Virus record (IMG/VR): IMGVR_UViG_3300013286_000013
Coordinates: 9,189-73,188 of that record
Strand: one strand, 5' to 3'
DNA from: a virus
DNA length: 64,000 nt
Of this stretch, positions 45,601 to 58,600 are shown in pieces. The stretch's first letter is position 1; every line of letters begins with the position of its first letter. Position numbers and translations under genes: made by a program. The notes under the pieces are model-generated. The model was not told where the DNA came from and did not search any database. It saw nothing but the letters and a program-made list of their open reading frames with translations.

Positions 45601-48600
45601 GCATCAGCGATCCATTGTTTATCGACAATACTACAACTGCAATCAGCACTACAACAGGAGCATTGCGAGTTGGTGGTGGCGTAGGTATCGGCGGGGCATT
45701 ATGGGTAGCTGGAACTGCAAACGTTAGCAACTTGTTTGTCAACGGTGCGGCAGTATTAACTACATCAAGTCCGACAGGATTCAACGGCGGCACGATCATC
45801 TATCCATTGCAAATTGGATATAGTACTTCCACGTTAAACACAACTGGCCTAACAGTCAACTCAGGTGTTAACTCTGTATCAACAGACAGCGGCGCTATTG
45901 TAACTATTGGTGGCGTTGGCATTGGTCAAGATCTGCATATTGGCGGAACGATTTATCGCGAAGGCGATATAACAACGGCCAACTGGGGACAGACAGGTAT
46001 TGCGGTTAACTTGGCAAGTGCTGTCTATACAGATAATCAAGCATCTGGGTCATTTACAAATACAAACAACGTCTATGTTGGCCAGCCAATCATCAATTCA
46101 AGATACGGCTCTGCATACGCACAGGCAAACACTGTCTTTATTGAAGATGCTCCTAAAGTTAAGACCACAGCTACTACCAGCATTGCGGATTCATACGCAG
46201 TATGGGTAAACAACGGCAAAGTTCATATTGGTAGCACAGCGTCTAGTGCAACAAACTATCTCAACAACGCACTAAGCGTAGCAGGTGGTATTGGTATTGC
46301 TGGTGCTATACAGGCCAGTGGTCCATTAAGTGCTCCACAAATATTTGACAGCGGCAATCGTGTTGTTACATTTGTTGATATCATTGACGGTCCCGGTATA
46401 TCATCAACTCCTGATAAATCAGGCGGCACTACTGCCACTATTACAATCAACAATACTGGTGTTCTAACAGCAAACGCTGGTACCGGTATCAACGTTGACA
46501 GATCTACCGGCGATGTTATAATCAGCAACGTTGGTGTAACCAAGATTGAAACAGGTCCCGGAATTAGCGCATCAACCAGCACTGGTACCGTGTCACTGGT
46601 AAACACCGGTGTCCTAAGCCTAATAGCAGGAACTGACACAGCAGTATCATCTACTACTGGTAATATTACAGTTTATAGCACAGCTACTTTGGCTTCTGTA
46701 ACCAGCAGAGGTGCAACGACAACCAGCACTATTCGTTTAACTAATACGCAGACTGGGTTGGTTGTCGGAGGCGATGCTGTGTTCTCTGGAACTGTTGCAG
46801 TTACCGGAACATTGAACATCGGCGGTGCAAGTATCAGCGGTGGCAATGCTACATTTACATCATTACAAGCTGGCGATACCCTGATTACTGGACAGCTAAC
46901 AGTATCAGGAACATCAACATTTATCAACAGTCAACAATTGACAGTTGTTGACCCTGTTATTGACGTAGGAACAAATATCAATAATGCACCGTTATTAGTT
47001 AATGACGGATTTGATAGAGGTGTGTTGATGCATTACAGCACCACTCTTTCAAATAACATTAAATATGATGCCCACGCATTCTTAGGACGTGATAACGCAT
47101 CAGGTAAGTTAACTTATAGAACCAACATTTGGCCAGGCGGTGTAACCGATGTTCCAAATCCTTTCAGCTCGACAGGCACACTGGGAACAGCAGTATTTGC
47201 CAGATTAGAACTACAAGGCGGAATTGCTTCTACAAGCCCAACTACCGGCGATCTACAGGTAGTAGGCGGCATAGGTGTTGGAGGCGCAAGTTACATTGCC
47301 GGACAGGCAAGATTTGGAAGTCAGCTAAATGCAAACGCCACAGCGACTGGCGCAGTCATAGTCGATGGCGGTCAATCTATTACTAAAGATCTGTACATTG
47401 GCGGCAACGTTATTGTACGCGGATTTGTACTGACAACAGCCACAGCTTATAACGGCGGTGAAGTATTCAATCCTGTTATTATAACTAACGGTACAAGTGC
47501 TACGAATACCCTAACTGGTGCATTGATTGTACACGATGGCGGTGCTGGTATCGGCGGCGATGTTTGGGTCGGCGGAGCTCTTAATGCTAAATCAGTCCTG
47601 GTTGATGGAAAAGCAATCACAACTGACATTCACCTAGTAACTGGTCCCGGCCTAGTTGGTGCTGTTACAACATCTAGCGGTGGCGTAACTATCACAATGA
47701 CCAATACAGGTATCTTAAACTTAGATGCGGGCCCTGGTATTAGTCTTGCAAATACCGGCACAAGCGGTATAACAACAATTACCAACACTGGTGTATTGTC
47801 TGTATCAATCAACGGACTAGGCCTAAAGGCCAGCACGTCAACTGGATCTGTGGTATTAACTAATATTGGTGTAACAGCCGCAACAGCTGGTGCAGGTATT
47901 AGTGTAAATCAAAATACAGGCTCGATCATTATCACCAACGTAGGTGTTCAAAGCATTGGTACTATTGGTGGTGGTATAACAGTAACTACCAGCACTGGAT
48001 CTGTATTCTTACTGAATTCCGGGGTGACAAGCCTAACAGCAGGTACAGATACCAACGTTACCGCGATATCAGGTGATATTACAATTTGGGATATCAGTAC
48101 CCTACAATCAGTAACCGGTCGTGGAAATATTACAACTCACGACATAACTATCGATAGTACAACTCCAACTTCTAATACTGCCAGCGGAGCATTGGCAGTC
48201 ACAGGTGGTGTTGCAGTCGGACAAAACTTGTACGCAGGTGGCCAGATTTATGCTCTGGGAGGCTATTTAGGATTAAATCCTCCTGCTATCTTTATCAACA
48301 ACACAAACGTTACTGTAACTGATAATACAACTGAGCACAAGGTTTCTGTTGCTATCAACGGTACTACTACAACTACATTTGATATTGTCGGTGAGCATAT
48401 ACTATCTACAACAAATTCAACAAGCACCAATACGGGCGCATTGATAGTTGATGGTGGTATTGGCCTTGCCAAGAATATCTATGTTGGTGGCAGTGCCACA
48501 GTTGCAAATACTCTAACAGTACTAAGTACATCGACGATGGGTTCAATACTGCCTCTGCCAGGCGGTTATTACAACCTAGGAAGCCCAACACAGCGTTGGG

Positions 48601-49568
48601 GTACACTTTACATCAATTCTGCAACCATTGACATGGGTGGATTGACGTTGACATCTATCAATAGCGTATTACAACTGCCTAGTACTGCCGTCTACGGTAC
48701 CCAAACAAGTACAAGCACCATTACAGGGGCGCTAACTCTACAAGGTGGACTGGGACTAACAGGCGATATATTTGCCCGTAACTCAATCAATGGCGCAGAT
48801 ATTACGTCAACTGGAACCATTTATCGTTCAGGTAATATCACTAAATCTTCAATTGGAAACTTGGGATTTGCACTTGACATCGCTAATGCAACTTACACAG
48901 ATTCTGGATCTAATGGTACAGTGGCGCAAACTGCAATATCACATTTTCACGGTTCAACCATCAGTGCTACTGGCGGAACAGTAAGCTATACCAATGCGGC
49001 TACAGTCTATATTGGAAATGCGCCGGTAACAGGAAATGGCAATACGACAATTAATAATGCATGGGCATTGCAGATTAACAATGGCAAGACTAGGCTAAAT
49101 GACAGCTCAGTATCTAACAGCACACAGAGTGGTGCCCTACAAGTTGTCGGCGGTGTTGGTATCGGCGGCGATCTGTATGTTCAAAATACCTTAAACGTTA
49201 TCGGCAATACTGCAAACATTGGTAACAGTGAGATATTTACATTTACAAGTCCTGCACTTTCAACAAGTAACAAGATTAATCTTGATACCTTTGCAGTTGC
49301 AAGTTATCAATCTGCCAAATATTTCATACAGGTTGTGGATAATACTGCACTAGGTGTAGCCAACAAAATGTATGTTACAGAGCTGATTGTATACCATGAC
49401 AGCATAGGTGGAGTGTACATATCAGAATACGGTATGGCCAGTAACTTTGGTGATCTAGGTACATTTGATGCTGTGATCAGCGGTCTAAGCGTTCAACTAA
49501 CTTGGCAACCAAACTATGTTCCGGTATCGATGGTTGTTAAAGTACATAGAACCACGCTCAGTAGATAA
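42675..49568 (+). CDS. Giant repetitive tail fibre-like protein (2297 aa)
   Basis: Many STSTTTGALxVxGGVGIGxxL repeats; NTGVxSxxAGxGI repeats; two DPVIDxG..DRGxLxHY modules; C-terminal LDTF..YQSAKYFIQV..SEYG domain. Confidence 0.8.
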   Translation: MPSLLSGKVKLVSPGTNYTVVNNYISLSQAQAGLGASPTTNTGYTLVIGPNGQATYTNTLGQIAFSTGTITSQAPTGDLTLNPSGTGTITLNGPVNIPQGIQGSGFKTEAKRATTGNVLVNQSTSTVVYDGYHVDYLDRLLVRAQDDARSNGIYYVYTATFATNVVTTQINYTQNSYTATTYNVGDANSLVAGSTLTSLFVGFNTTIVQILDSSTFLMSNPALGNITGAVSTASSKGLTNFVTLSRSTDAYTTGGLKHVVVPIVGGTYEGRLFYTSFLATQVVGVDPINWYEIVDSTSYQTVYNKYLENSSIGSYLPNTGRFTNLTAINTATFTNATDSTATNNGAVIVTGGVGIQKSLFVGGATNIQGSLNVNSQANINPADATVSIQPTGIGTVTINPSTKGTINNIDIGNTIPKNGTFVNLTANNQLLVTSTSQSTSTTTGAVQIAGGVGIGGNLVLGGQLIFSGLADEFVVNNFRAKGQVLFTTSTNSTSTTTGGLIVSGGVGIAQDLVLGGKLIFQGSGTNLSLSTLSVTSSSQSTSTTTGALTVVGGVGVGGNLTLGGQLIFSGAAGNLKVSTLAVTSSTNSTSTTTGAFTVTGGVGIGRDLVLGGSLVFTNASGTINAAQVHILGTNTSVSTQTGALVVDGGVGVAKDVVVGGNLDLGGQLTFNKSFTATFVALHITSTASNVASFVDNAIFVEGGQSVKKDLSVYGNTVLYGNLTVAGTQTVVDSQNTYIIDPVIDIGTGVDNTPLLVNDGYDRGMLLHYSTGVGAQFDNHAFIGRDATTGFLTYKVNIYPGGYEYFPPAFANTGSFGTAQFGGLRLSGGAVALSTNTGDLQVLGGIGVTGGSYFGGTLTLGSALANTTQTINHALVVSSGGIGVAGASFFAGTVKFSNAQASTDPSSGAVVLSGGLGVGGSIFTAGPMRIRNSTAAVSTGTGALVVSGGAGFDGDIYAHNIYTDAGLTQLANFNGGRISDPLFIDNTTTAISTTTGALRVGGGVGIGGALWVAGTANVSNLFVNGAAVLTTSSPTGFNGGTIIYPLQIGYSTSTLNTTGLTVNSGVNSVSTDSGAIVTIGGVGIGQDLHIGGTIYREGDITTANWGQTGIAVNLASAVYTDNQASGSFTNTNNVYVGQPIINSRYGSAYAQANTVFIEDAPKVKTTATTSIADSYAVWVNNGKVHIGSTASSATNYLNNALSVAGGIGIAGAIQASGPLSAPQIFDSGNRVVTFVDIIDGPGISSTPDKSGGTTATITINNTGVLTANAGTGINVDRSTGDVIISNVGVTKIETGPGISASTSTGTVSLVNTGVLSLIAGTDTAVSSTTGNITVYSTATLASVTSRGATTTSTIRLTNTQTGLVVGGDAVFSGTVAVTGTLNIGGASISGGNATFTSLQAGDTLITGQLTVSGTSTFINSQQLTVVDPVIDVGTNINNAPLLVNDGFDRGVLMHYSTTLSNNIKYDAHAFLGRDNASGKLTYRTNIWPGGVTDVPNPFSSTGTLGTAVFARLELQGGIASTSPTTGDLQVVGGIGVGGASYIAGQARFGSQLNANATATGAVIVDGGQSITKDLYIGGNVIVRGFVLTTATAYNGGEVFNPVIITNGTSATNTLTGALIVHDGGAGIGGDVWVGGALNAKSVLVDGKAITTDIHLVTGPGLVGAVTTSSGGVTITMTNTGILNLDAGPGISLANTGTSGITTITNTGVLSVSINGLGLKASTSTGSVVLTNIGVTAATAGAGISVNQNTGSIIITNVGVQSIGTIGGGITVTTSTGSVFLLNSGVTSLTAGTDTNVTAISGDITIWDISTLQSVTGRGNITTHDITIDSTTPTSNTASGALAVTGGVAVGQNLYAGGQIYALGGYLGLNPPAIFINNTNVTVTDNTTEHKVSVAINGTTTTTFDIVGEHILSTTNSTSTNTGALIVDGGIGLAKNIYVGGSATVANTLTVLSTSTMGSILPLPGGYYNLGSPTQRWGTLYINSATIDMGGLTLTSINSVLQLPSTAVYGTQTSTSTITGALTLQGGLGLTGDIFARNSINGADITSTGTIYRSGNITKSSIGNLGFALDIANATYTDSGSNGTVAQTAISHFHGSTISATGGTVSYTNAATVYIGNAPVTGNGNTTINNAWALQINNGKTRLNDSSVSNSTQSGALQVVGGVGIGGDLYVQNTLNVIGNTANIGNSEIFTFTSPALSTSNKINLDTFAVASYQSAKYFIQVVDNTALGVANKMYVTELIVYHDSIGGVYISEYGMASNFGDLGTFDAVISGLSVQLTWQPNYVPVSMVVKVHRTTLSR

Positions 49569-49592
49569 AACCTGTAGTTTCTCTCTCTTTGG

Positions 49593-49640
49593 TAAATAGT
49601 CGTATAAGCAAATTTTTGCCATACGTGGAGAGGGAAACTA
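49593..49640 (+). promoter_or_regulatory. Late promoter TAAATA plus hairpin leader
   Basis: TAAATA 49593-49598; CGTAT-aa-GCAAA-tt-TTTGC-c-ATACG hairpin, then GGAGAGGG. Confidence 0.6.
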
Positions 49641-52600
49641 ATGGCTACTAATGACGATTTCATAGTCAAAAATGGTCTTGTGGTTCGTGCCGCAAGCTCA
49701 GAATATCAATCAACAAGCACCCAAACTGGTGCAATCGTAACGCCCGGCGGATTAGGCATTGGCCAAAATGCGACTATCGGCGGACAACTCAATGTATTAA
49801 GTACCTCATCTTTTGCAGGCCAATTGCAAGTTGGCGGTATAACAAAGATACTTTCCACAGCGATTAACACAGCAACAGTGACGCCAACCGGCAATGCATT
49901 GCAAGTTGCAGGCGGCATTTATGCACAGAATATCAACATCGGCGGCATAGGTTTAATCAAGGGCTCGCAGATCCTAACACAAGCTGATGGTTTCAAAGGC
50001 GGTATCATTACCGAACCTTTAACCATCAACACAACTACCCAATCAACCAGCACATACTCAGGAGCATTAACAAGCCCTGGTGGTATTGGTATTGGTGGTA
50101 ACTTAAACGTTGGCGGCTACGCACAGATCACAGGAACAACATACCTGTTTGGTGATGCCTATGGTAATGGTCAACATCTATTAACAAATCTAGTAGCAAG
50201 TCCCGGTCCTGGTATAGCTTCAAAAGTAACCTTTAACGGCTACACCGCAACAATTATCACTACCAACACTGGTGTATTATCAGTAGTAGGTGGAACAGGT
50301 ATCAACGTAGATACTCCCAACGGCAACGTCACAGTTAGCAACGTTGGTGTTACATATATCCAAGCTGGCACAGATATCACCGTTGATGTCAACACTGGCA
50401 CAGTCACTATCAATGATGCCAGCACACTACAATCTTTATTAACACGTGGCAACTCAACCGATCAAATTGTTAACCTTAACAACGGTGCCATAAGCAATGA
50501 CCCTACAATAAACAATACATTAAATGTATTAGGCAGTATCGGGGCCACACAATTAACAGTGGCCAACACCAGTTATATTGGTGGAGCCATCGTTGTTACT
50601 ACCAGTAACATCAATAGATACGTTGGCGGTGTTATTACAAATACTCTGCGTATTCAAAATACCACAAGTTCACTAAGCACACAAACAGGCGCCCTAGTAG
50701 TTGATGGTGGAGTGGGTGTTGGCCAGGATGTAAACATTGGCGGACAACTTTTTGTTCAAGGTGGTATTACAGTCCTTGGTAGTTATACCACAGTCACCAT
50801 CAACTCAACACAAACAGTATTCACTGACCCTGTTATTGATCTTGGTTCTGGGTACAACAACAGAGCATTATCAATCAATGACGGTTTAGATAGAGGCGTC
50901 CTTCTACATTATAATACTGGATCAAATACAACTTTTGATAATCATGCTTTCTTAGGTCGTCAAGCAAGCACCGGTAATTTAGTTTATCTAACAGACGTAC
51001 TTCCTGGCGGTAACGAAAACGTACCAAATCCTTTTGTAGGAGAATGGGGAACTTTCAAGACTGGCCAAATTATTTTAACAAGTCCAACTGCCAGTACCAG
51101 TACAACTTCTGGTGCGTTAACTGTAGTTGGTGGTATTGCTACACAGGGAAATTTAAATGCCAAGGCGGTTTATGATGCCGGCAATCGTGTAGTTACCAAT
51201 ATAAACGTTACATCTACTCTAGTATCATTAACCGACCCAGGATCTGGTATCGCAGTAGTATCAACTGTGGTAACTGGCTCATATGTAACAGTAAACTTGA
51301 CTAATACTGGTATCGTTGGATTGTTTCCTGGCGCAGGTATTGGTATTGCAGGAACAGGCGGCTTCACAGCAACTAACGGTATGATGGTTGGCGTTCCAAA
51401 CATCTACAATAGAGGTGTACTAACAGTCAGCGTAATAGGTGACCTAAACGTTACATGGAACGGCCAGTCATATTACACTGGTGATATTGTTCTAAGCAAT
51501 TTATCTACACTACAGACTGTAACAGATCGCGGTAGCTCAACTACTAATATTGTTAAAGTTTTAAATCAAACAACCAGCACAACAGATACCGCAACAAATG
51601 CCCTACAGGTGCTAGGTGGTATCAGTGCCAAGACCCTATTAATTACAGATTCTGGTTACATCAACGGCGCCCAAATAGTTACATCGTCAACGATTAACAG
51701 TTTCTCCGGTGGTACGATTAACAACTCGTTGTTCATCGCAAGCACACAAACATCAACAGGTTCTACATCTGGTGCATTGCGTGTATCTGGCGGCGTTGGA
51801 CTTGCAACAACATTAAATGTTGGCGGGCTAGGTTCATTCCTCAATACTGGAACAGCATTAAGTGTTACAGGCAACGCCCTATTCAGCAGTACTATATATG
51901 TCAACACAGTATCTGCGCTGACACTAGGATTAGATCTAATCAGTGTTGGTACTGGCACAGTCAAAGTCAACGGAGTTGATCTACTAAGCCATCCTGCAAA
52001 TGTAAAATATGTAAGTGCAACAAGCGGTAGCAATACTAACGACGGATGGCGCCCAAACAGTGCCTATGCTACCATTGCCTATGCATTGACCCAGGCCACT
52101 ACTGGTACAGCAGTTTATCTTGCGGCGGGCACTTATACTGAAGTATTTCCTCTAACTGTTCCAGCAGGCGTTACCGTACAGGGCGCAGGCCTACGTTCTA
52201 CCATCGTTCAACCAACTACCGGTACTAAAAATAATAATGGATTTCTACTGAACGGTGAAGTATTAGTCTGCGACTTAACCGTTGCTAACTTCTTCCAACC
52301 AGGTTCAGGATTTGCCTTTACATCTGGTGCGAAGATCACTACCAAATCTCCTTACATCGAACGTGTAAGTGTTATTACTAGAGGTTCGGTAACCAGTGCA
52401 AGTGACCCGTTTGGATTCAACCAAGCTGATGCTGGTAACGGTGTAAAACTAGATGCAAGTCTATTAGATGCTACCAGCCTAGAGCCAGCAGTGTTGTTTA
52501 ACGAAGCAACGTTTATCGTTCCAAATGCGGTTGGTATATACATGACCAACGGTGCTCGTGCAGAGTTGCTAAATGGTTTCACATACTTTGCCAGCAAGTC

Positions 52601-55600
52601 AATCCAAGCTGAAGCAGGTGCTACTGGTTTAGCCGGCGCAGGTAAAACAAGATTAAAACTTTCCGGTATAACAGGCACATTTGGGGTCGGCGACATTGTC
52701 ACCTATAAAGATCCAAGCGGCAACACAAAGGCACAGGGTACTATTGCCAGCACCGACGGCACATACATTTATCTAGCAGGGCCAGTCTGGGGATTTGAAA
52801 CAATTACAGATCGCGCTGGCAAGACAGTTACTGCCTATGGTAATGCAAAACAAAGCACAGTTCAAAAGAAATTTGGTACCAGCTCTTATGTGGGTGACGG
52901 TTCAGGCGACTATCTAGAAGTACTAAGCGACAGCGACTTCCAATTTGGTAGTCTAGGTAGCTATACTGTAGAGGCATGGATTTATCTAAACAGTCTAGGC
53001 AAGACACAGAGAATTTTCTACAAAGGTACGGCTGGCACAAACTTTAGAGTAAGTGTTAATTCAAGCAATGTTCTAAGTGCAGTCCACGCAGGCGCCACTA
53101 TTGTAGGTATCACTGCTCTGACTACAGGTGTATGGTACCATGTTGCTCTTGTTAGAAATGCAGACCTAGGCACATTTAGAATATATCTAAACGGTACACT
53201 TGACGCATATACAACTGGCGTAACTGGAAATGTAAACAACGTTGATCCGGTTAGTATCGGCGGCATTGCGGCAACTGCCGGCGATAGTCTCGACGGTTAT
53301 ATTGACGATTTTAGAATTAGCAATGTTGCAAGATATACTGCTGGAACATATACGGTCCCGACTTCTGCACAGACATCCGATGTTGCAACGGTCCTGATGC
53401 TGAACTTTGATGGCGGAAATCTTTCAACTACATTTGTTGATTCTGCCAACGGTACGCAAAATATCATATCAAATGCGGCCGCAAGTGCTACCCGCATCGC
53501 CCTAGCTGACTATCATCAGTTTGGTGCAGAACTACGTTGTATTGGATCTGCATCAGTATACGGTACCCAGGGTGTTATCGCTAATGGTACTGGTACTGAT
53601 TTAAAACTGATTGCCTACAACATGAGCCATATTGGCTCAGGCAAAGACTTTTCAAATGACAACAGTCTTGTTGTCCAAGCTAATGAAGTTATTCAAACAA
53701 ATGGCGGTTTAGTATACTTCCAGACGGTCGACCAGACTGGTAACTTCCGTGTAGGCACCAGCTTCTTGATCAATGAACAAACTGGTAATGTAAGTTTTGG
53801 TAACGCCAACGTCAACTTATCTAGTTTAAATCAACTACAAATTACAGACGGCAGTCATTACGCAACTATTCTTCCAACGAGTATAAGCGTTGGTAACCTA
53901 AGTCTCAGCGGAAATAGCCTATCAGCTTTAAGTGGCGGTATTTCTATTACCCCATCGGGCGGCATTGTCACTATCAACAGTAGTGCAACAGTAGTTGGCG
54001 GCCTAACGATCAGTGGATCATTTGCTGTTCCTGCACTAATTAACTCAACAAGCACAAACACAGGTGCTCTAACAGTTGGTGGTGGCCTAGGGGTTGGACT
54101 ACAAGTTCAAGCTGGCAGTACAATTACAACATACAGCGCAGCCGGCTCAACAAGTTCTATACTAAACAATGCTGTCACAGTTCCTAATGGCGGAATTGGA
54201 GCCAACACATTATACCTAACAGGCAAAGGTTATTCTGCAGGTAATGAAATTGTTACAACTGCTACCATTGGTTCCAGCTTGGGCGGCACTGTTCCAAATG
54301 CACTACGCATCACAAGTCTTACACAATCAACAAGTACAAACACAGGTGCTCTGGTTGTTGATGGTGGCGTTGGTATTGGTGGCAATTTAACAATAGGCGG
54401 CTCGTTAAACTTACTAGGTGGCGGAAGTGTTCTAACAAATGTTTCTGCAACTACTGACGCATATATCGGTGCAAGCGTAACCAAGACTGGCACAACTGCA
54501 ACAATTAATATTGTTAACCTAGGCGTTCAAACAGTAACCGCAGGGTCGGGTATCGCAGTATCTGCAAACACTGGTACAGTGCTAATCGCCAACACAGATA
54601 CGCTAGATACTGTACTTGCTCGTGGAAGTTCGACTTCACAAATTATAACAATGAGCAATGTCGGCTATAGTACTTCAACTATTGCTGGAAATGTTCTACA
54701 AGTAACTGGCGGAATTGGAGCCGCACATTTATATCTAAGTACAGATGGTTTTATAGCAGGTGCGCAGATTGTTACTTCAAGTACAATTGGTTCTTTTGTT
54801 GGCGGACAAGCAGTTACAAGTCCGTTGCAGATTACCAGCACAGCTACTTACGCACTGAATATTCAAAACGGTGGCGCCTATATTGGCGGCACTGTTGTAA
54901 TTGGTGGTAGTCTACAGGTTGCTGGAACTGTTACAAGTATCAACAGCACCAGCGTTGACATTGGTAATAAGGTTATATTCTTAAGCACATTGTCTGGAAG
55001 TGCTATACAATCATCAGGTGCTGGTATTGTTGTTGGTAAAGACGATGGTATTGAAAATGATCGTTGGTCAAGTTTATTATTTGACGGCGGTGCAGGTGCG
55101 GCAGGCAACTGGGTAAGTAAAGGCGGATTGAATCCGTTTACTGACAGTACATATGGAATTGGTACTATTGCCCTACAATGGAACTCAGCATACATTAAAA
55201 CAGTCAATGCAAGTTCTATAATAACAACAAGTTCGGTATACAGCACAAGTACTATTGGTGGTAATGCTCTACAAGTCACTGGCGGTATTGGTGCTAGAAG
55301 CCTTTATCTAACTGACAAGAGTTACATTGGTCCTAGTGAAATTATTACCACAGGTAACTTGGCAAACTACGCAGGTACATATGATGGTCAAACACCACTA
55401 CACTATCCTGTACAGATAGTTAACACAAGTACTTCAACATCTGTAAATTCTGGTGCCCTACAAGTATCAGGCGGCGCGGGAATTGTAGGCGACTTATACG
55501 TAGGCGGTTCGGCTCGTGTTGCCAACAGACTGTATGTAACCAACACTGCAACTATCGGCTCTGGAGTATTGTCCACAACACCAACAAACGGTAGCCTGGT

Positions 55601-58600
55601 CGTTACAGGCGGTATTGGTGTACAAGGCAACATAATAGTCAACGGAACTATAGAAAGTTATAATGATATTGCTACACGCGGTAACGTAAACGTTTCTGGT
55701 ACTACCATAAACTTTACCAATACTCAAACTTCTGCAAATATAAATTCTTACAGTCCATTGTTTATCAGCGGTGCAAATGGAACTACAGGAGTAGCTCTTG
55801 GGTTATCCTTGCAAGCAACCAACGGTCAAGTTGTAATTCAAGGCGGTTCAGGTGTAGCAATTTCCAGCGCATTGACAGTCACCGGGGCTGTTGTTTATCA
55901 AGCACAAAACACAAACACATTTGGTCAGTTAACAATATCAACACAGACTGGTGCTATTGTTGCAGTTGGCGGTATTGCCACAGGCGATAGCGTCTATGCT
56001 GGTAATAACATTACTGCTAACAATATTATTTCATCAACTGCGGCTGCAATTAGTTCAAGTACTATAGCAGGCAATGCAATTACAGCGCCAAGCGGCGGCC
56101 TTGGAGCAAGAAGTCTATACCTAACAGATCAAGGGTATATCAATGGTGCATTGATTGTTACAACAGCAACAATCAATCAGTACTCAGGTGGTACAATTGG
56201 CAACACGCTAAACTTATCTAACACTACAAACTCACTAAGCACAAACACAGGTGCATTGACAGTTGCAGGCGGTGTTGGAATTGGCAAAGATGTCAACGTT
56301 GGCGGCAGTTTATATTTACAGGGCGATTTATATGTAGACGGATCACGAACTATCGTTAATTCAAACGAGATTATGACCGGCGATAAGATCATCTACGTTA
56401 GCACCGGTGCCGCAAGTGCAATTTTAGCAAGTGGTTCTGGTATTGCAGTAGGTAAACCAGGCGGGATAAGAGCAAGTTTATTATTTGACGGTATAAGTAG
56501 CTGGAGCTCAAACGCCAGTGTTAACCCGAGCGGCCCAGGAATCGGGCTAGGCACATACTCAAATGCATGGAGTTACGGATATTTTAACACTATCAAAGTT
56601 GTTGGTAACACATCATCAACAAATACGCTAACTGGTAGCCTACAGGTATTAGGCGGCATCAGCGCAACTGAAAATCTATACTTAGGTACAAGTCGTACCA
56701 GCACACTGACAAATACCTACAATGCGTTAACAACCCTAGGCGGCGCCTATATTGGCGGACAACTAACCGTTAGTGGTCCAGATGCATGGGTAAATGGTAG
56801 TCCAATTGTTACAGCAACTGATAACAAACAAATTGCTTTCACAAATACAACTGATGCAACCAACACTCAAACAGCGGCATTTACTGTAGCTGGTGGTGTT
56901 GGTATTGGCAGCACATTAATTGTTGGCGGTCAACAGTACATTACCAGCCTATTAGAATCTACAATAACAAATACAGCTAATGCATTGGTAGTGTCTGGCG
57001 GTATCTACGCAGACATGTTGATGGTTAACCAGATTGCAACTGTAAACGGTGGTGTTGTAATTACAACAGCGACCATCAATCAGTTTGCGTTCAATGGTGG
57101 AACCATTACTAAGCAAATCATTATCAATAGTTCTACACAGGCTACAAGTACTATTACAGGAGCGTTCCAAATTACTAATGGCGGTGCTGGTATTGGAGGC
57201 AACGTATACATTGGTGGTGAATTACGTGTTCAGGCTAACTCTTCAACGTTTAAAACAATTAACGTTGGCACAGCTACAATTACAACAGGCACTGTAAGTT
57301 CTAGCATATTCAACACAGCGACTCAAGCAGGTAATGCTTTACAAGTTGTTGGTGGTGGGAGCTTTGGATACTTGCGTGTACAGAATCAAGCATGGGTAGG
57401 CGGCTATCCTGTTATCACAGCACAGAATATTAACAGTTACTCTGGTGGTACTATTAATAATCCGCTGGTTATCAATAACGGTACGCAGGCTACTTCAACA
57501 ACTACAGGTGCTTTACAAGTTACTAACGGCGGCTTAGGAGTAGGCGGTAACGTTTGGTCAGGCGGATATTACGAGTTTGTTGATCCGTTTAACATATCAC
57601 CAACATATGATGGTTATTTTGGTATCAACGTCACACTAAATGCTGTAAACATTGGTTCCAACAATACTGCTATACCTCTAGCATTTGTTCAGAACAAGAA
57701 TGAAATAGGCAGAATCACAGTCTATAATCCAACTGGCAGTGCAGTCGGCGCAGTTTTAGGAGTAGGGCAGACAGCTCCTCAGTTTGGTATACATCTATCA
57801 GGCAGTTCGGCAGGTACATGGAATTGGATACAGACTGCCAATACCATGAGCAACCTGGTAAGTTTCAATAATACACTCCACAGTTCATTGTTTGGCGGCG
57901 ACATTTCTAAAGTTGCAATGGCCGCGTTCTCAAGTGATAATGGTGCAACGTTTGAACACTGGATCGCATCGGGTGGTACAAGTGCTGGTAGTCAAGTACC
58001 GTTGGTATTTGCAGGCGGCGCATGGGATAATAATCTCAATACAAACACAACTGTTGAATGGGCGAGATTTACCAGCACTGGTAACTTTGCGGCCAAGAAC
58101 AATATTATTACAACAGCCGCAGGATTTAGTACTGCAACCATTGCCAGCAATGCAATGCAGGTCAGCGGCGGCGGTTGGTTTGGCAACTTATACGTAACCG
58201 GTGCGGCATGGGTAGGCAACAGTAAAGTTGTTACAGCGGCCACCATTGGTTCATACTCATTCAATGGTGGTACGATTACTACTGCATTGTATGTAAACAC
58301 AACTACGCAGGCAATAAGCAACTCAAGTGGCGCTATCCGAACAGCTGGTGGTATATCAGCAGTTGGTAACATCTACGCTGGCGCAAACTTCTATGGTAAT
58401 TTAATCGCTACTAACGTAACAGCAACTACAATCAACTCAGCAGGAAGCCCATTATCAATTGGCGGAGCCTTAACTCTAAGTACAGCAACTGATCAAACAG
58501 GTGCGGGCACAGGTGCTCTAGCAGTAACTGGTGGTGCAAGTATTACCAAGAGCCTGTATGTTGGAAGCAATTTAAGCAGTACATCAACTGTTGGCGGAAA